A stretch of 64,000 nucleotides of DNA from a bacterium (GCA_963674695.2 CAXXGI010000003.1:832001-896000), one strand, 5' to 3'; shown: positions 31,414 to 45,103, counted from the stretch's first letter. Translations and numbers: made by a program. The notes: generated by a model from the letters alone, not told the origin.

Positions 31414-34400
31414 TTATCCCGCAATCTCATGGCTGACCAGGATCTCGGTCTCCATCGGAATCTCCTCGATCTCCTCCTCCAGAGGCGCTTCGACCATGAT
31501 CGGGAAGTCCTTGTACCGCTTCAGGCCCGTTCCTGCCGGGATGAGCCGTCCCATGATGACGTTCTCTTTGAGTCCCCGCAGGCCGTCGATTCGACCGGAA
31601 ACCGACGCTTCGGTCAGCACCTTGGTCGTCTCCTGGAAGGAGGCCGCCGAAATAAAACTCTCCGTCGCCAGCGATGCCTTCGTAATGCCGAGCAGAAGCG
31701 GCTCGGCCACTGCAGGCTGTTTCCCCTTCGCCCGAAGCGTTTCGTTTGTCATTTCAAAAGCGAGCTTGTCCACATGCTCGTCGGCAAGCCATGTCGAATC
31801 GCCCGGTTCGACGATACGCACGCGCCTGAGCATCTGGCGCACGATCACCTCGATGTGCTTATCATTGATGCGCACACCCTGCAGGCGATAAACCTCCTGC
31901 GTCTCGTCGACGAGGTATTTGGCCAGTTCTTTTTCACCGAGCACAGCAAGAATATCGTGCGGGTTGGAACTTCCATCCATGAGCGCCTCGCCCGCGCGAA
32001 TATAATCGCCCTCATGCACCGAGATATGTTTACCGAGCGGCATGAGATATTCCTTCGGATCTCCAACTTCCGGCGTCACGACGACCGTACGCTTTCCCTT
32101 CGCATCGTCGCCAAATGAAACCACACCGTCGATCTCGGAGATAACCGCGCAATCCTTCGGCTTGCGCGCCTCGAAGAGTTCCGCCACGCGTGGCAGACCA
32201 CCGGTGATATCCTTGGTCTTGGTGGTTTCACGCGGAATCTTGGCGATGGCATCACCCGCTTTCACCTCATCCCCTTCGGCGCCAACGATATTGGCCCCCA
32301 CCGGCATGAGATAGCGAGCATCACCACGTCCAGACGGTAGGACGAAGGTATTGCCCTGCGCATCCTTGACGGAAACACGCGGGCGCATATTCGGATCCTT
32401 CGACGAAACGATCACCTTGCGCGACAGGCCGGTCACCTCATCGACCTGCTCATTCATCGTCAGTCCTTCGATGATATCGCCGAACTTCACGATACCGGAG
32501 ACCTCGGTGAGGATCGGAACGGTGTAGGGATCCCACTCGGCGAGCATCTGCCCGGGTTTGACCTTGTCGCGTTCCTTCACGAGGAGGTAGGCACCGTAGG
32601 TCAGCTTGTAGCGCTCGCGCTCACGGCCCGATTCATCGGAGATGATGATCGTACCGTTACGGTTCATGACGGTCGTACGACCATCCTTGTTGACCAGGTG
32701 TTGGACGTTCTCGAATTTCACCACACCCTCATGCCGCGTTTCGATCGATGACTGCTCGACGCGCCGGGATGCGGTTCCACCGATGTGGAACGTACGCATC
32801 GTCAGCTGGGTTCCTGGCTCACCGATCGACTGTGCAGCGATAACGCCGATGGCTTCGCCTTGGTTCACCAGATGTCCACGCGCAAGATCGCGACCATAGC
32901 ACTTCGCACAGAGCCCATAGCGGCTCTTGCAGGTGAGCACCGAGCGGATGAGTACCTTCTCGAGACCGGAATCTTCGATGCGCGTCACGAGTTCTTCGTC
33001 GATTTCTCCACCTGCCGGAACGATCACCTCATCGGTGTAGGGATCGCGAATATCTTCGAGCGCCACACGGCCGAGGATACGATCGGCCAGCGGCTCGATC
33101 ACCTCTCCCCCTTCGACCAGCGCAGAAACGATCAGGCCGTCGAGTGTACCGCAGTCGACCTCGATGATCGTCGTATCCTGCGCCACGTCGACCAGACGAC
33201 GCGTGAGGTAACCGGAGTTTGCCGTCTTGAGCGCTGTATCCGCCAAACCCTTACGCGCACCGTGTGTGGAGATGAAGTACTGCAACACGTTGAGACCCTC
33301 GCGGAAGTTCGCCGTAATCGGCGTCTCGATGATCTCGCCGGAGGGCTTGGCCATGAGTCCGCGCATACCGGCCAGCTGACGCATCTGCTGGGCAGAACCA
33401 CGCGCACCGGAATCGGCCATGATAAAAATCGGGTTGAAACTGACCTGTTCGCGACGCTTGCCGTCGGAACAGTCCACCATCTGCGTGGACAACCCCTTGA
33501 CCATCTCGCCGGCGACAGCCTCGGTGCAGGCGGCCCAGATATCGACCACCTTGTTGTATTTCTCACCGGAAGTAATCAGACCCTCGGTATATTGATCCTC
33601 GACCTCGCGTACCTCTGCAAAAGCCTTCTCGAGCAGCTCGCCTTTTTTCTGCGGCACGACCATGTCGTCGATGCCGATGGAGATGCCGGCCTTGGTCGAA
33701 TACTCAAATCCGAGCGTCCGCAGATGATCGGCCAGCAGCACCGTCTCTTTATCCTTGCAGAGGCGATAGCACTGATCGATCAGATCAGCGATCGCCTTCT
33801 TGTCCATGACTTTATTGATGCTCTCATAATCGACCTGCTTCGGCATCACTTCATAGAGCAATACACGCCCAACCGTCGTATCTCGAATCGCGCCGTCCAA
33901 GCGAACCTTGATGTGGGCCTGCAGGTGGACCTGTTCCGCATCGTAGGCGATGCGCACTTCCTCGGGGCAAGAGAAGATCATGCCCTCACCCTTAGAAAAA
34001 CTGCGTTCACGCGTCATGTAATAGAGTCCCAGCACCATGTCCTGTGTCGGAACAATGATCGGCTTCCCGTTGGCTGGGGACAGGATGTTATTGGTTGAGA
34101 GCAACAGGACGCGTGCTTCCATCTGGGCTTCAACGGACAGCGGGACATGCACCGCCATCTGATCACCATCGAAGTCGGCATTGAATGCAGCGCAGACCAG
34201 AGGATGCAACTGGATGGCTTTTCCCTCGGTCAACACCGGCTCAAACGCCTGGATGCCAAGGCGATGCAACGTCGGCGCACGGTTGAGCATGACCGGATGT
34301 TCCTTGATCACCTCATCGAGCGCATCCCATACATCGGGCTCTTCGCGTTCGACCAGCCGCTTTGCACTCTTGATCGTTGCCGCCAACCCTCGTTCTTCCA

Positions 34401-35550
34401 GCTTATTATAGATGAAGGGCTTGAAGAGCTCCAAGGCCATGGTCTTGGGCAAACCGCACTGGTGGAGTTTGAGCTCCGGACCGACCACGATCACCGAACG
34501 ACCGGAATAGTCGACGCGTTTTCCCAATAGGTTTTGGCGAAAACGCCCCTGCTTCCCCTTGAGCATATCGGAAAGCGAGCGCAACGGCCGACGGTTCGGA
34601 CCCACAAACGGACGTCCACGACGGCCGTTATCGAAGAGGGCATCGACCGCCTCCTGCAGCATACGCTTCTCGTTGCGAATGATGATATCCGGCGCATTGA
34701 GTTCGATGAGTCGTTTGAGACGGTTGTTGCGATTGATGACGCGCCGATAGAGATCGTTGAGATCGGACGTCGCGAAGCGCCCGCCATCGAGCGGCACGAG
34801 CGGGCGCAGATCAGGTGGCAGAACCGGAATCACCTCGAGCATCATCCATTCGGGGTGATTGCCCGCATCGAGAAACTGTTCAACGAGCTTGAGCCGTTTA
34901 ACAAGCTTGGTCATCCCCGCAACGGACTTCGTCGTTTTCATATCCTTACGAAGACGTTTGGAAACTTCCTGCAGATCGATCTTCTTGAGCATCTCACGAA
35001 CGACCTGGCCACCCATGCCAACCGTGAAGGCCGGCCCAAACTCCTCGAGCGCCGCCTGATACTCTTCCTCGGAGATAATCTCTCCTTCAGCCAGCGTCGT
35101 GTTCCCAGGATCGCTCACCATGTGCGCTTCGCAGTAGAGCACCCGCTCGATATTCTTGAGCGAAACATTGAGCATAGTCGCAATCCGCGAAGGCAAGCTT
35201 TTGAGAAACCAGATATGCCCCACGGGTGTGGCGAGCTTGATGTGGCCCATGCGCTCGCGCCGCACCTTGCTCTGGATGACCTCAACGCCGCACTTTTCGC
35301 AGACGATACCCCGGTGCTTCATGCGCTTGTACTTGCCGCAATTACACTCATAATCCTTCACGGGGCCGAAGATCTTGGCGCAAAAGAGACCGTCGCGCTC
35401 CGGCTTGAAGGTGCGGTAGTTGATGGTCTCAGGCTTTTTCACTTCACCGTGCGACCACTGCATGACCTTTTCTGGGGAGGCGATTCTGATCTGCACCCCG
35501 TCGAAGCTCAGCGGATCCTTCGGCTTTTCGAAGAAATGATAGATATCCAT
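31414..35550 (-). CDS. rpoC: RNA polymerase beta' subunit
   Basis: [12 protein letters not shown] catalytic motif and zinc-binding domain. Confidence 0.99.
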   Translation of the reverse strand: MDIYHFFEKPKDPLSFDGVQIRIASPEKVMQWSHGEVKKPETINYRTFKPERDGLFCAKIFGPVKDYECNCGKYKRMKHRGIVCEKCGVEVIQSKVRRERMGHIKLATPVGHIWFLKSLPSRIATMLNVSLKNIERVLYCEAHMVSDPGNTTLAEGEIISEEEYQAALEEFGPAFTVGMGGQVVREMLKKIDLQEVSKRLRKDMKTTKSVAGMTKLVKRLKLVEQFLDAGNHPEWMMLEVIPVLPPDLRPLVPLDGGRFATSDLNDLYRRVINRNNRLKRLIELNAPDIIIRNEKRMLQEAVDALFDNGRRGRPFVGPNRRPLRSLSDMLKGKQGRFRQNLLGKRVDYSGRSVIVVGPELKLHQCGLPKTMALELFKPFIYNKLEERGLAATIKSAKRLVEREEPDVWDALDEVIKEHPVMLNRAPTLHRLGIQAFEPVLTEGKAIQLHPLVCAAFNADFDGDQMAVHVPLSVEAQMEARVLLLSTNNILSPANGKPIIVPTQDMVLGLYYMTRERSFSKGEGMIFSCPEEVRIAYDAEQVHLQAHIKVRLDGAIRDTTVGRVLLYEVMPKQVDYESINKVMDKKAIADLIDQCYRLCKDKETVLLADHLRTLGFEYSTKAGISIGIDDMVVPQKKGELLEKAFAEVREVEDQYTEGLITSGEKYNKVVDIWAACTEAVAGEMVKGLSTQMVDCSDGKRREQVSFNPIFIMADSGARGSAQQMRQLAGMRGLMAKPSGEIIETPITANFREGLNVLQYFISTHGARKGLADTALKTANSGYLTRRLVDVAQDTTIIEVDCGTLDGLIVSALVEGGEVIEPLADRILGRVALEDIRDPYTDEVIVPAGGEIDEELVTRIEDSGLEKVLIRSVLTCKSRYGLCAKCYGRDLARGHLVNQGEAIGVIAAQSIGEPGTQLTMRTFHIGGTASRRVEQSSIETRHEGVVKFENVQHLVNKDGRTTVMNRNGTIIISDESGRERERYKLTYGAYLLVKERDKVKPGQMLAEWDPYTVPILTEVSGIVKFGDIIEGLTMNEQVDEVTGLSRKVIVSSKDPNMRPRVSVKDAQGNTFVLPSGRGDARYLMPVGANIVGAEGDEVKAGDAIAKIPRETTKTKDITGGLPRVAELFEARKPKDCAVISEIDGVVSFGDDAKGKRTVVVTPEVGDPKEYLMPLGKHISVHEGDYIRAGEALMDGSSNPHDILAVLGEKELAKYLVDETQEVYRLQGVRINDKHIEVIVRQMLRRVRIVEPGDSTWLADEHVDKLAFEMTNETLRAKGKQPAVAEPLLLGITKASLATESFISAASFQETTKVLTEASVSGRIDGLRGLKENVIMGRLIPAGTGLKRYKDFPIMVEAPLEEEIEEIPMETEILVSHEIAG

Positions 35551-35618
35551 GACACCCTTTCTTCATGCGATCGGCATATGCGCGATCGAAGCAAAGCGTT
35601 TATATCCGACCTTCTGCG

Positions 35619-38600
35619 CTATGATGCTCCCGGCTCCATCAGCGTGACATCGAGACAGAGCGCCTGCAGCTCCTTGATGAGCACGTTGAACGACTCCGGC
35701 AAGCCCGTCTCGAGCACTTTCTCGCCTTTGACGATCGCCTCGTACATGCGTGTACGTCCAACGACATCATCGGACTTCACGGTCAGGAATTCCTGCAACG
35801 CATAGGCCGCACCATACGCTTCCAAGGCCCAGACTTCCATCTCACCGAGACGCTGACCGCCGAACTGTGCTTTTCCTCCGAGCGGCTGCTGGGTGACCAG
35901 CGAATACGGCCCGATCGAACGAGCATGAATCTTCTCATCCACCAGATGGTGAAGCTTGAGCACGTACATCACCCCCACCGTCACCGGCGAATCGAACGCT
36001 TCGCCCGTGTGGCCATTGAAGAGCACCGTCTGGCCGCCACGCGATGCATGCGCCTGCTCGAGCATATCGCGAATCTCTTCCTCCGATGCGCCATCGAAGA
36101 CCGGCGTCGTCATCGGCACGCCACCACGCAGCTTGCCGACCATCTCACAGATCTGCTTCTCCGTTGCCTTCTCCAAGAAAGCATCGACCGCTGGAGAATG
36201 GTATACCGCCTGAAGTGATTTTTTGAGTTCTTCCTTGGAATAATTCTTTTCGATGTACGCCTGAAGCTGTTCGCCGAGCGACTTCGCGGCCCACCCGAGA
36301 TGGGTCTCGAGAATCTGTCCGACGTTCATGCGCGACGGCACGCCGAGCGGATTGAGCACGACATCGACCGGGCGACCATCAGCCATGTAGGGCATGTCCG
36401 CTTCCGGAAGAATCCGGGAGATGACGCCCTTGTTCCCATGCCGACCGGCCATCTTATCGCCGACAGAGAGTTTGCGCTTAATCGCGATAAAAACCTTCAC
36501 CATCTTGATGACGCCCGGAGGGAGTTCATCCCCCTTCGTCAACCGATGGACCTTCTGGTCATAGACCATACGGACGAGGTCTTCCTGCTCCTCGACGCTC
36601 TCGAAAACCTCGGCAAGCTGCGTCTCGATCTCATCGCCACCCTCGACCGAAATCTCGGACCACTTCGGAAAGGGCATCTTGGCCAGCGCCTCTTCGGTGA
36701 GCGTCTTGCCCTTGGGCAACAACACCGTCTCCTCGGAAGCATCCATCACCTTTGAAGTCGTCGTGCGCCCAACCAGGAGCGTTTTCAACCGTTTGGCCGC
36801 TGTCTCGCGAATACCGCGAATCTCAGCCTCGAGATCCTTGCCGATTTTTTGTTTTTCATCGTCCTGGATCTCTTTGGCACGCTCATCGAGCTCCACGCCT
36901 TCACGCGAGAAGACCTGCGCACCGATGATCACCCCACTGACTCCCGGGGGAACGCGCAGGCTCGTGTCCTTCACATCGCCCGCCTTCTCACCGAAGATAG
37001 CCCGCAACAGGCGTTCTTCCGGAGAAAGCTGCGTCTCGCCCTTCGGCGTCACCTTACCCACCAGGATATCGCCGGATTTCACCTCGGCGCCGATGCGAAT
37101 AATGCCCGCTTCATCCAGATCACGCAGCGCTTCCTCGCCGACGTTCGGAATGTCGCGCGTGATGTCCTCTTTTCCCAACTTCGTGTCGCGAGCGGCACAC
37201 TCGAAGTCTTCGATATGAACGGAGGTGAAGGAATCGTCCTTGAGCACGCGTTCGCTGATAAGGATGGAATCCTCATAGTTGTAACCACCCCACGGCATGA
37301 ATGCGACCACCACGTTCTGCCCGAGGGCAAGCTCACCCTCCTCCGTCGCCGGACCGTCGGCGATGACATCGCCGGCCCTCACTCGATCGCCCTTGTCGAC
37401 GATGGGCTTCTGATTGATGCAGGTACTTTGGTTCGACCGACGATACTTCGTCAGGTTGTAGATATCGACATCCGAGCTGAACTTCTTGCGCTCGCTCTTA
37501 TCGGCACGCACCACGATTCGATTGGCATCCACTTCCGTCACCATGCCGTCGCGTTTGGCCACGACCGTCACGCCCGAATCGCGTGCCACCAGGGCTTCGA
37601 CCCCTGTACCGACGATCGGAGCAGACGTCCGTAACAACGGAACGGCCTGGCGTTGCATGTTCGATCCCATCAGCGCGCGGTTGGCATCATCGTGTTCGAG
37701 AAAGGGGATGAGCGCCGCGGAGACCGAGACGAGCTGCTGAGGAGAAACGTCCATCAGCTGAACATCGTCAGCCGCTGCCAGCGTAAACTCGCCATGCAAG
37801 CGACTCTGTACCGTATCGTTCGCCAACGACCCCTTGCGATCGATCTGGGCGTTCGCCTGCGCAATCACGGTATCGGCTTCCTGCAGCGCCGAACAGTAGC
37901 GCACGTCATCGGTCACCTTGAGCTTATTGACCGAGCGATAGGGCGTTTCGATAAATCCATAATCGTTGACGCGTGCAAACATCGACAGCGATGCGATGAG
38001 ACCGATGTTCGGACCTTCCGGCGTTTCAATCGGGCAGATGCGACCGTAGTGCGTCGGGTGCACATCGCGCACCTCAAAACCAGCACGCTCACGTGTCAGC
38101 CCCCCTGGCCCCAATGCCGACAGACGACGTTTATGCGTCACCTCAGAGAGCGGATTGGTCTGGTCCATAAACTGCGAGAGCTGGCTGGAACCAAAGAACT
38201 CCTTGATCACCGCCTGCACCGGCTTCGGATTGATGAGATCGTGCGGCATGAGGGTTTCCACATCCTGAAGGCTCATGCGCTCGCGGATAGCCCGCTCCAT
38301 ACGTACCAGACCAACGCGATACTGATTCTCGAGCAACTCGCCCACGGAACGGACACGCCGGTTTCCAAGGTGATCGATGTCGTCGATCTCTCCCTCGCCG
38401 TCCTTGAGTCCGATCAGGTAGCGCGCCGCCTCGAGGATATCTTCTTTACGCAGCGTTCCCACTTCGAGGGGGACATCAAACCCAAACTTAAAGTTGAGCT
38501 TCAGCCGGCCAACCTTCGACAGATCATAGCGCTCAGGATTGAAGAAGAGATTTTCGAAGAGCGCCATCGCCGCCTCAGGCGTCGAGGGATCGCCGGGGCG

Positions 38601-39731
38601 AAGCCTCCGGTAGATCTCGAGTTTGGCTTCCTCAGACGTGGAGACCTTGTCGACCAGGAGCGTATTGCGCAGATAGGGGCCGATATTGAGGTCATCGATA
38701 TAGAGGAGCGGAAAGGATTTGAGTTTGCGATCCTGAATCTCCTGCAACTCTTTTTCCGTGAGCACCTCATTGACCCCGAGGACCACTTCGCCCGTACTGG
38801 GATCGATGACATCGCGCGCGGCGATACGACCGAGCATATCCTCGGCATCAAGCGGAATACGCATGCCCTTGATCGCCGCCAATTTTTCGAGCACGGAGCG
38901 CGTGTAACGCTTCCCTTTCTTGACGATCGTCTCCCCCGTCTTGGGATGCTTCACATCCTTCGAGGCACGCTGATGGCGGAGCAGATCCGGCACCAACTCT
39001 TTCTCGAAGCGACCACGGCCCAGATAGTGCACCGTCTCGCTCTGGTAATACATATTGAGCAGCTCTTCGGCCGAATACCCCAACGCCCGCAACAGGATCG
39101 TCGCCGGCATTTTGCGCCGCCGATCGATGCGCACATGCATAATATCCTTCGCATCGAACTCGAAGTCGAGCCAAGCGCCACGATAGGGGATCATGCGTGC
39201 TGAGAAGAGAAGTTTTCCCGATGAGTGCGTCTTGCCCTTGTCGTGCTCAAAGAAGACGCCGGGGCTGCGATGCAGCTGTGAAACGATGACGCGCTCGGTT
39301 CCATTGATGATGAAGGTTCCGAAGTCGGTCATGAGCGGCACTTCGCCGAAATAGACCTCCTGCTCCTTCACGTCGCGAATCGACTGAGCTCCGGTCGCTT
39401 CGTCGACATCCCAAACGACCAGACGAACCAGCACCCGCATCGGGGCCGAATACGTCATGCCACGATTGCGACATTCCTCTTGATCATAGCGCGGCTTGTC
39501 GAGCGCGTACTGCACAAACTCCAAGGAGGCCGTCTGGTTGAAACCCTTGATCGGGAAGACGCTCTTGAAGACACCCTGCAGTCCGATATCCTGCCGCTGT
39601 TCCGGCGGCACATCCGACTGCAAGAACTGCAGAAAGGACTTCTGCTGAATCTCGATCAACGACGGAATAGGGATAACGTGATGAACCTTTGAAAAATCCT
39701 TACGGATGCGACGTACAGGGCTGGTGGCCAT
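35619..39731 (-). CDS. rpoB: RNA polymerase beta subunit
   Basis: [39 protein letters not shown]. Confidence 0.99.
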   Translation of the reverse strand: MATSPVRRIRKDFSKVHHVIPIPSLIEIQQKSFLQFLQSDVPPEQRQDIGLQGVFKSVFPIKGFNQTASLEFVQYALDKPRYDQEECRNRGMTYSAPMRVLVRLVVWDVDEATGAQSIRDVKEQEVYFGEVPLMTDFGTFIINGTERVIVSQLHRSPGVFFEHDKGKTHSSGKLLFSARMIPYRGAWLDFEFDAKDIMHVRIDRRRKMPATILLRALGYSAEELLNMYYQSETVHYLGRGRFEKELVPDLLRHQRASKDVKHPKTGETIVKKGKRYTRSVLEKLAAIKGMRIPLDAEDMLGRIAARDVIDPSTGEVVLGVNEVLTEKELQEIQDRKLKSFPLLYIDDLNIGPYLRNTLLVDKVSTSEEAKLEIYRRLRPGDPSTPEAAMALFENLFFNPERYDLSKVGRLKLNFKFGFDVPLEVGTLRKEDILEAARYLIGLKDGEGEIDDIDHLGNRRVRSVGELLENQYRVGLVRMERAIRERMSLQDVETLMPHDLINPKPVQAVIKEFFGSSQLSQFMDQTNPLSEVTHKRRLSALGPGGLTRERAGFEVRDVHPTHYGRICPIETPEGPNIGLIASLSMFARVNDYGFIETPYRSVNKLKVTDDVRYCSALQEADTVIAQANAQIDRKGSLANDTVQSRLHGEFTLAAADDVQLMDVSPQQLVSVSAALIPFLEHDDANRALMGSNMQRQAVPLLRTSAPIVGTGVEALVARDSGVTVVAKRDGMVTEVDANRIVVRADKSERKKFSSDVDIYNLTKYRRSNQSTCINQKPIVDKGDRVRAGDVIADGPATEEGELALGQNVVVAFMPWGGYNYEDSILISERVLKDDSFTSVHIEDFECAARDTKLGKEDITRDIPNVGEEALRDLDEAGIIRIGAEVKSGDILVGKVTPKGETQLSPEERLLRAIFGEKAGDVKDTSLRVPPGVSGVIIGAQVFSREGVELDERAKEIQDDEKQKIGKDLEAEIRGIRETAAKRLKTLLVGRTTTSKVMDASEETVLLPKGKTLTEEALAKMPFPKWSEISVEGGDEIETQLAEVFESVEEQEDLVRMVYDQKVHRLTKGDELPPGVIKMVKVFIAIKRKLSVGDKMAGRHGNKGVISRILPEADMPYMADGRPVDVVLNPLGVPSRMNVGQILETHLGWAAKSLGEQLQAYIEKNYSKEELKKSLQAVYHSPAVDAFLEKATEKQICEMVGKLRGGVPMTTPVFDGASEEEIRDMLEQAHASRGGQTVLFNGHTGEAFDSPVTVGVMYVLKLHHLVDEKIHARSIGPYSLVTQQPLGGKAQFGGQRLGEMEVWALEAYGAAYALQEFLTVKSDDVVGRTRMYEAIVKGEKVLETGLPESFNVLIKELQALCLDVTLMEPGAS

Positions 39732-39869
39732 AGTAACTCCTTGGCAAAGAGAAATAGACATACAGATACACGAAGCAGGATGCAGGAGGCACGACGGTAA
39801 AGCCGTACCTCCTGCCATACTTCATGCATCACACATCACCTGTCGGCCCGACGACAATAGGGGCCTCGA

Positions 39870-40244
39870 TTACTTGATCTCGACTTTGGCGCCCGCAGCC
39901 TCGAGTTTTTTCTTCACCTCGTCGGCCTCTTCCTTCGTCACGGCTTCCTTCACGGCCTTCGGCGCGGCCTCGACCAGATCCTTGGCTTCTTTCAGCCCCA
40001 GGCTCGTAATCGCGCGGACTTCCTTGATCACATTGATTTTGTTTGCACCGATATCGGCGAGGATGACGTCGAATTCCGTCTTTTCTTCGGCCGCCTCAGC
40101 ACCTGGGCCTGCCGCTGCGATCGCAACCGGCGCAGCCGCGGAGACACCAAAGGTGTCCTCGAGCTCCTTGACGAGCTCGGAGACCTCGATGAGCGTCATA
40201 CCCTTGAGGGCTTCTACGATTTCCTGCTTGCCAACTGTAGCCAT
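39870..40244 (-). CDS. rplL: 50S ribosomal protein L7/L12
   Basis: [21 protein letters not shown]. Confidence 0.99.
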   Translation of the reverse strand: MATVGKQEIVEALKGMTLIEVSELVKELEDTFGVSAAAPVAIAAAGPGAEAAEEKTEFDVILADIGANKINVIKEVRAITSLGLKEAKDLVEAAPKAVKEAVTKEEADEVKKKLEAAGAKVEIK

Positions 40245-40356
40245 GTTCTGCCTCCTGTTTTGCGCCCCACAGGCACCTCGTATCGAACCCGGTACGCGTG
40301 CGTGGACCCCGCCGATTCCGACGGGAATTAAGCGCCCTTCCCTGTTTCAGGGTTGA

Positions 40357-40872
40357 TTATTGTTTGGTGTCCTTGATCGCGTTGAGTGCATACACGAGCT
40401 TCCGTGGAATCGCCGCCAGTACCGCCGCCATGTTCGTCGCCGGAGCATTCATGGATGCCAGCGCACGCGACAAAAGTTCCTCACGCGACGGCATCATGGA
40501 AAGTTGCTCCACGTCCTTGGCCATCAGGACGGCGCCATCCATAAACCCGCCCTTGATCTCGAGTTTGTCATGGTCTTTGGCAAAACTGACGAGCACCTTT
40601 GCTGGAACGATCGGGTCGACATCGGATGAAGCCAACGCCGTCGGCCCCGTAAAATACTCCGAAAGGTTCTCAAGCCCCAGATCCTTGAGCGCACGTTTCA
40701 TGAGGCGGTTTTTGACCACCTTCATCCGCCCATCGTCCTGACGAAGCTTCGAACGAAGCTCGTTCATCTCTGAAACTTTGAGCCCGCGATAATCCGCAAA
40801 GATAAATGCCTTGGCGCTTTCCAGGCGTTCCTTCAACGACTTGACCTCTTCGACCTTATCCGTACGCTTCAC
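40357..40872 (-). CDS. rplJ: 50S ribosomal protein L10
   Basis: DYRGL, VVKNRL, PSREEL. Confidence 0.98.
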   Translation of the reverse strand: MKRTDKVEEVKSLKERLESAKAFIFADYRGLKVSEMNELRSKLRQDDGRMKVVKNRLMKRALKDLGLENLSEYFTGPTALASSDVDPIVPAKVLVSFAKDHDKLEIKGGFMDGAVLMAKDVEQLSMMPSREELLSRALASMNAPATNMAAVLAAIPRKLVYALNAIKDTKQ

Positions 40873-40930
40873 AATATCCTCCTTAAGCGTTCACTTGCTA
40901 TTCGATCATGAGAGAAACGCATCGCCACCG

Positions 40931-41620
40931 TCAGAGCGCCGATACATCCACACGAATGCCCGGCGTCATCGTTGCCGAGATCGCCATCGCACGAAGATAA
41001 ACGCCCTTCGACGCGGACGGTTTGGCTTTTTTCAGCGCATCCAGAAGCGCCCTGATATTATCTCTGAGCTTTTCCGCACCGAACGACCGTTTTCCCACCG
41101 GGGCATGCACGATGGCAGCCTTGTCGATGCGAAACTCGACCTTTCCCGCCTTCTGCTCAGAAACCGCCTTCGCAACATCCATAGTCACCGTTCCGAGCTT
41201 CGGATTCGGCATGAGACCGCGGGGGCCAAGCACCTTTCCCAGCCGCCCCACCACACCCATCATGTCCGGCGTCGCGATGGCCTTGTCAAAATCATACCAG
41301 CCGCCCTGGATCTTCTCCGCCAGGTCATCCGCGCCGACCACATCAGCTCCTGCATCCTCAGCCTCTTTCGCCTTGTCCCCTTTGGCGAAGACCGCCACGC
41401 GCACCTTTTTGCCGATGCCGTGCGGAAGCGAAACCGCACCGCGAACCATCTGGTCGGTTTGGCGCGCATCGATGCCGAGCCGAACGGCGACATCGACCGT
41501 CTCATCGAACTTGGCTTTCCCAAATCCTTCGAGAATCGACAGCGCCTCATCGAGGCTACAGCGTTTTTCCGAATCGACCTTCTTCCGATCCACCTTGTAG
41601 CGTTTTCCATTCCTGGACAT
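40931..41620 (-). CDS. rplA: 50S ribosomal protein L1
   Basis: [18 protein letters not shown]. Confidence 0.99.
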   Translation of the reverse strand: MSRNGKRYKVDRKKVDSEKRCSLDEALSILEGFGKAKFDETVDVAVRLGIDARQTDQMVRGAVSLPHGIGKKVRVAVFAKGDKAKEAEDAGADVVGADDLAEKIQGGWYDFDKAIATPDMMGVVGRLGKVLGPRGLMPNPKLGTVTMDVAKAVSEQKAGKVEFRIDKAAIVHAPVGKRSFGAEKLRDNIRALLDALKKAKPSASKGVYLRAMAISATMTPGIRVDVSAL

Positions 41621-41698
41621 AGTGTACCTCCTGTTGTCCGAGCGCCTCGATGAGATCGAAGCTCCAACAGTTTGTATCGCCCGAATGACGAGCGTTCG

Positions 41699-42124
41699 TT
41701 ATCCTACGACTTCCAGACCCATGTTCCGCGCCGTGCCCTCAACCGTGCGCATCGCTGATTCGATATTGTCGGTGTTGAGATCCGGGAGCTTGATCTTGGC
41801 GATCTCCTCGACCTGTGCGCGCGTCACCTTGCCCACCTTCTGCTTATTCGGAACGCCGGAACCCTTCTCGACGTTGGCCGCCTTCTTGAGCAGCACTGCT
41901 GCCGGAGGCGTCTTCAGGATAAAGGAGAAAGAACGATCCTGATAGACGGTGATGATCACCGGAATGATCATGCCGGGCTGTTTCTGCGTCTTGGCGTTGA
42001 ACTGTTTGCAGAAGTCCATAATATTGACGCCATGCTGACCGAGCGCCGGTCCCACGGGCGGAGCGGGATTGGCCTGTCCCGCCGGGCACTGCAACTTGAT
42101 TTGGGCCATCACTTTCTTTGCCAT
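41699..42124 (-). CDS. rplK: 50S ribosomal protein L11
   Basis: [22 protein letters not shown]. Confidence 0.99.
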   Translation of the reverse strand: MAKKVMAQIKLQCPAGQANPAPPVGPALGQHGVNIMDFCKQFNAKTQKQPGMIIPVIITVYQDRSFSFILKTPPAAVLLKKAANVEKGSGVPNKQKVGKVTRAQVEEIAKIKLPDLNTDNIESAMRTVEGTARNMGLEVVG

Positions 42125-42198
42125 AACATCCTTCTTTCATCAGGAACGTGCAGAAGCGCGATCGCAAAAATGCACAATCGCGCCACCGCACGAAGAGT

Positions 42199-42732
42199 TC
42201 AAGTCGCCTTCTCCACCTGGGTAAAATCCAATTCAATCGGCGTCGATCGACCGAAAATGCTTACCATAACGCGAAGTTTTCCTTTTCCCTCAAAGACCTC
42301 ATCAACAATTCCGGCAAAGGTATTGAACGGCCCGCTGATCACGCGCACATTCTCACCCTTATCAAACTCGACCTTCGGCTTCGGCTGAAGCGTACCCTCT
42401 TCGATCTGGCTGGTGATCCGATTCACCTCTTCGTCCGGAACGACCGGAGGGGTCTGGGAACCACCGACAAAACCCGTCACCTTCGGCGTTCCTTTGACAA
42501 TATGCCAGGTCGCTTCGTTGAGTTCCATGCGCACCAACATATAACCGGGAAAAAACTGTCGCTTCGAGGTCTTCTTCACGCCCTTCTTCACCTCGACGAC
42601 GTTCTCCTGCGGCACCAGAACATCTTCGAAGAGATGCTCCATCTGATGCTGCTTGATGCGCTCTTCGAGAGCCTTCTTCGCTTTTTGCTCATACCCTGAA
42701 TAGGTATGGACGACGTACCAATGCTGTGCCAT
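42199..42732 (-). CDS. nusG: Transcription elongation factor NusG
   Basis: WYVVHTYSGYE, FFPGY, KOW motif GPF, SIFGRSTP. Confidence 0.99.
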   Translation of the reverse strand: MAQHWYVVHTYSGYEQKAKKALEERIKQHQMEHLFEDVLVPQENVVEVKKGVKKTSKRQFFPGYMLVRMELNEATWHIVKGTPKVTGFVGGSQTPPVVPDEEVNRITSQIEEGTLQPKPKVEFDKGENVRVISGPFNTFAGIVDEVFEGKGKLRVMVSIFGRSTPIELDFTQVEKAT

Positions 42733-42774
42733 ATCGTCCCGTCCTTCGCGCCCAGTTCGCTGCCCTTCCACTCA

Positions 42775-43149
42775 TCATGAGTAGAAGATCTTAATGATAG
42801 AACCCCAGAGCGTATCGAAGAGAAAAAGGATAACCGCGCAAATACCGACGAGGATAGACACCACGCCCGTTGAAAGCACCGTTTCCTTTCGGTTCGGCCA
42901 AACCACCTTCGACAATTCACCGATCACTTCACTGATAAAGAGGTTCACCCGCTGATTCTTCACCAGCACGATGAATGCCGCCAATCCCGCGAGGACAGCG
43001 ATGACATCCGGCGGCGACACGATCCATCCCGTCGGCAGGGGAAGGTGGGCGACAACCCAAACCGTCGCCAGGACCTCGCGCATCAGCAGCCAGACCAAAA
43101 AACCACATGCGAGAAAAATAAGGCTAATCGCTTTTTTATTCCGCTGCAT
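42775..43149 (-). CDS. secE: Preprotein translocase SecE (3-TM form)
   Basis: ELSKVVWP motif; between tRNA-Trp and nusG. Confidence 0.93.
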   Translation of the reverse strand: MQRNKKAISLIFLACGFLVWLLMREVLATVWVVAHLPLPTGWIVSPPDVIAVLAGLAAFIVLVKNQRVNLFISEVIGELSKVVWPNRKETVLSTGVVSILVGICAVILFLFDTLWGSIIKIFYS

Positions 43150-43239
43150 CCTGCCACCCTTCGCCCGGAGATTCGCCGGGATCCACTCGTGTCCATTCAC
43201 CCATCATCGGCAATACCTGCACGCGCCGTTCCTGCATTG

Positions 43240-43312
43240 CAGGGGAGACAGGAATCGAACCTGCAACCCCCGGTTTTGGAGACCGGTGCTCTGCCAATTG
43301 AGCTACTCCCCT
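43240..43312 (-). tRNA. tRNA-Trp(CCA), CCA end not encoded
   Basis: AGGGGAGTAGCTCAATTGGCAGAGC-ACCGGT-CTCCAAA-ACCGG...GTTCGATTCC...CCCCTG. Confidence 0.96.
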
Positions 43313-43466
43313 TAAGTGATGCGACGTGAGGGAACATACACCCTGCACACGTGCATCGTTTCGTAATCCAAAGAGCCGAAAGCCGTTCTCCTGCAAGCGC
43401 GACCACCCACCACACACATCGTCATCGGGCGGACACGAGCCCCAAACACACGACGATAGCACCGCG

Positions 43467-43616
43467 CTACTTCGTCTCGCGATGCGCCGTGTGTTTACGG
43501 CAAAACGGACAGTATTTTTTGAACTCGAGGCGATCAGGTGTCTTCTGCTTATTCTTCGTCGTCGAATAGTTCCGACGTTTGCAGTCCTGACAAGCCAGAT
43601 GAATGATAACTCTCAT
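43467..43616 (-). CDS. rpmG: 50S ribosomal protein L33 (zinc-binding type)
   Basis: [28 protein letters not shown]. Confidence 0.98.
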   Translation of the reverse strand: MRVIIHLACQDCKRRNYSTTKNKQKTPDRLEFKKYCPFCRKHTAHRETK

Positions 43617-43694
43617 GTTGAACCCTTTTCTTTCCTCTTCGAAACACGACTCAAGAAGCACGTTCAGCGACAGCTTCCCGTTTCCCGTCTCACG

Positions 43695-44885
43695 TTACTC
43701 GACGACTTCGGTCACAACGCCGGCACCCACCGTGCGGCCACCTTCACGAACCGCGAACCGAAGTTCCTTCTCCATCGCGATCGGCGTGATCAGCTCGATC
43801 TCCGCCGTCACGTTGTCGCCCGGCATCACCATCTCGACGTTCTCAGGCAACTTCAGAATGCCCGTCACGTCCGTCGTCCGGAAATAAAACTGCGGACGAT
43901 ATCCCTTGAAAAATGGCGTGTGTCGTCCACCCTCTTCCTTCGTCAACACGTAGACCTCAGCCTTGAACTTCTTGTGCGGAAGAATCGAACCCGGAACTGC
44001 GACCACCTGCCCGCGCTCCACATCCTCACGCTTCGTGCCACGAAGCAAGAGCCCCACGTTGTCGCCCGCGCGACCTTCATCCAGAATCTTCCGGAACATC
44101 TCCACGCCCGTCACGACCGTCTTCTGCGTATCCTTCAGACCGATGATCTCCATTTCCTGGCCCGTCTTGATGATGCCGCGCTCCACACGACCGGTCACCA
44201 CCGTGCCGCGACCGGAGATGCTGAAGACGTCTTCGATCGGCATCAGGAACGGCTTGTCGATCGGACGCTCCGGCTCCGGAATGTATTCGTCGACTGCATC
44301 CAGCAACTTCTGGATCGACTCAAATCCCTGCTCGCCGGCATCGCCGTTCATCGCCTTGAGCGCCGAACCGCGAATGATGGGAATATCGTCACCCGGATAC
44401 TCGTACCGGGAGAGCAGCTCGCGAACTTCCAACTCCACCAGGTCAAGCAGTTCCGGATCGTCGACCTGATCCACCTTGTTCATATAGACCACGATCCGAG
44501 GAACGCCGACCTGGCGCGCCAACAGGATGTGCTCGCGCGTCTGCGGCATCGGACCATCCGCTGCGGAAACCACCAGGATCGCGCCGTCCATCTGCGCGGC
44601 TCCCGTGATCATATTCTTCACGTAGTCAGCATGGCCCGGACAATCCACGTGTGCATAGTGACGCTTGTCCGTCTCATACTCGACGTGCGCCGTCGCAATC
44701 GTGATGCCACGCTCCTTCTCTTCAGGCGCCTTGTCGATCTGGTCGAAATCCATCTTCTCGGCCTGACCCTTGCTCGCCTGATACATGGTCATCGCACTGG
44801 TCAACGTCGTCTTGCCGTGATCCACGTGACCGATGGTTCCCACGTTTACGTGCGGCTTTGTCCGTTCAAATTTCGCTTTCGCCAT
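43695..44885 (-). CDS. tuf: Elongation factor Tu (tRNA-linked copy)
   Basis: Protein identical to that of 26744-27934. Confidence 0.99.
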   Translation of the reverse strand: MAKAKFERTKPHVNVGTIGHVDHGKTTLTSAMTMYQASKGQAEKMDFDQIDKAPEEKERGITIATAHVEYETDKRHYAHVDCPGHADYVKNMITGAAQMDGAILVVSAADGPMPQTREHILLARQVGVPRIVVYMNKVDQVDDPELLDLVELEVRELLSRYEYPGDDIPIIRGSALKAMNGDAGEQGFESIQKLLDAVDEYIPEPERPIDKPFLMPIEDVFSISGRGTVVTGRVERGIIKTGQEMEIIGLKDTQKTVVTGVEMFRKILDEGRAGDNVGLLLRGTKREDVERGQVVAVPGSILPHKKFKAEVYVLTKEEGGRHTPFFKGYRPQFYFRTTDVTGILKLPENVEMVMPGDNVTAEIELITPIAMEKELRFAVREGGRTVGAGVVTEVVE

Positions 44886-44903
44886 GGCCTGCCTCCCCTG
44901 AGT

Positions 44904-45016
44904 ACAGTTGAAAGTGTAAAGTTTACAGTTGAAAGGAAAAACAAAGCCCTTTCAGTTCTTCTCATCTCCACCCAACGTCCTCTTGCTCTTCCTTTCAACT
45001 TCGAACTTCAAACTGT
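44904..45016. repeat. Heptamer-repeat hairpin between tRNA-Thr(GGT) and tuf
   Basis: AGTTGAA AGTGTAA AGTTTAC AGTTGAA ... TTCAACT TCGAACT TCAAACT. Confidence 0.75.
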
Positions 45017-45023
45017 TCTTCTG

Positions 45024-45096
45024 AGCCGAGGATGGGAATCGAACCCACGACCTCATGCTTACCATGCATGTGCTCTACCGACTGAGCTACCTCGGC
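45024..45096 (-). tRNA. tRNA-Thr(GGT)
   Basis: Cloverleaf with anticodon arm CATGC-ATGGTAA-GCATG. Confidence 0.96.
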
Positions 45097-45103
45097 GTAA
45101 CTT

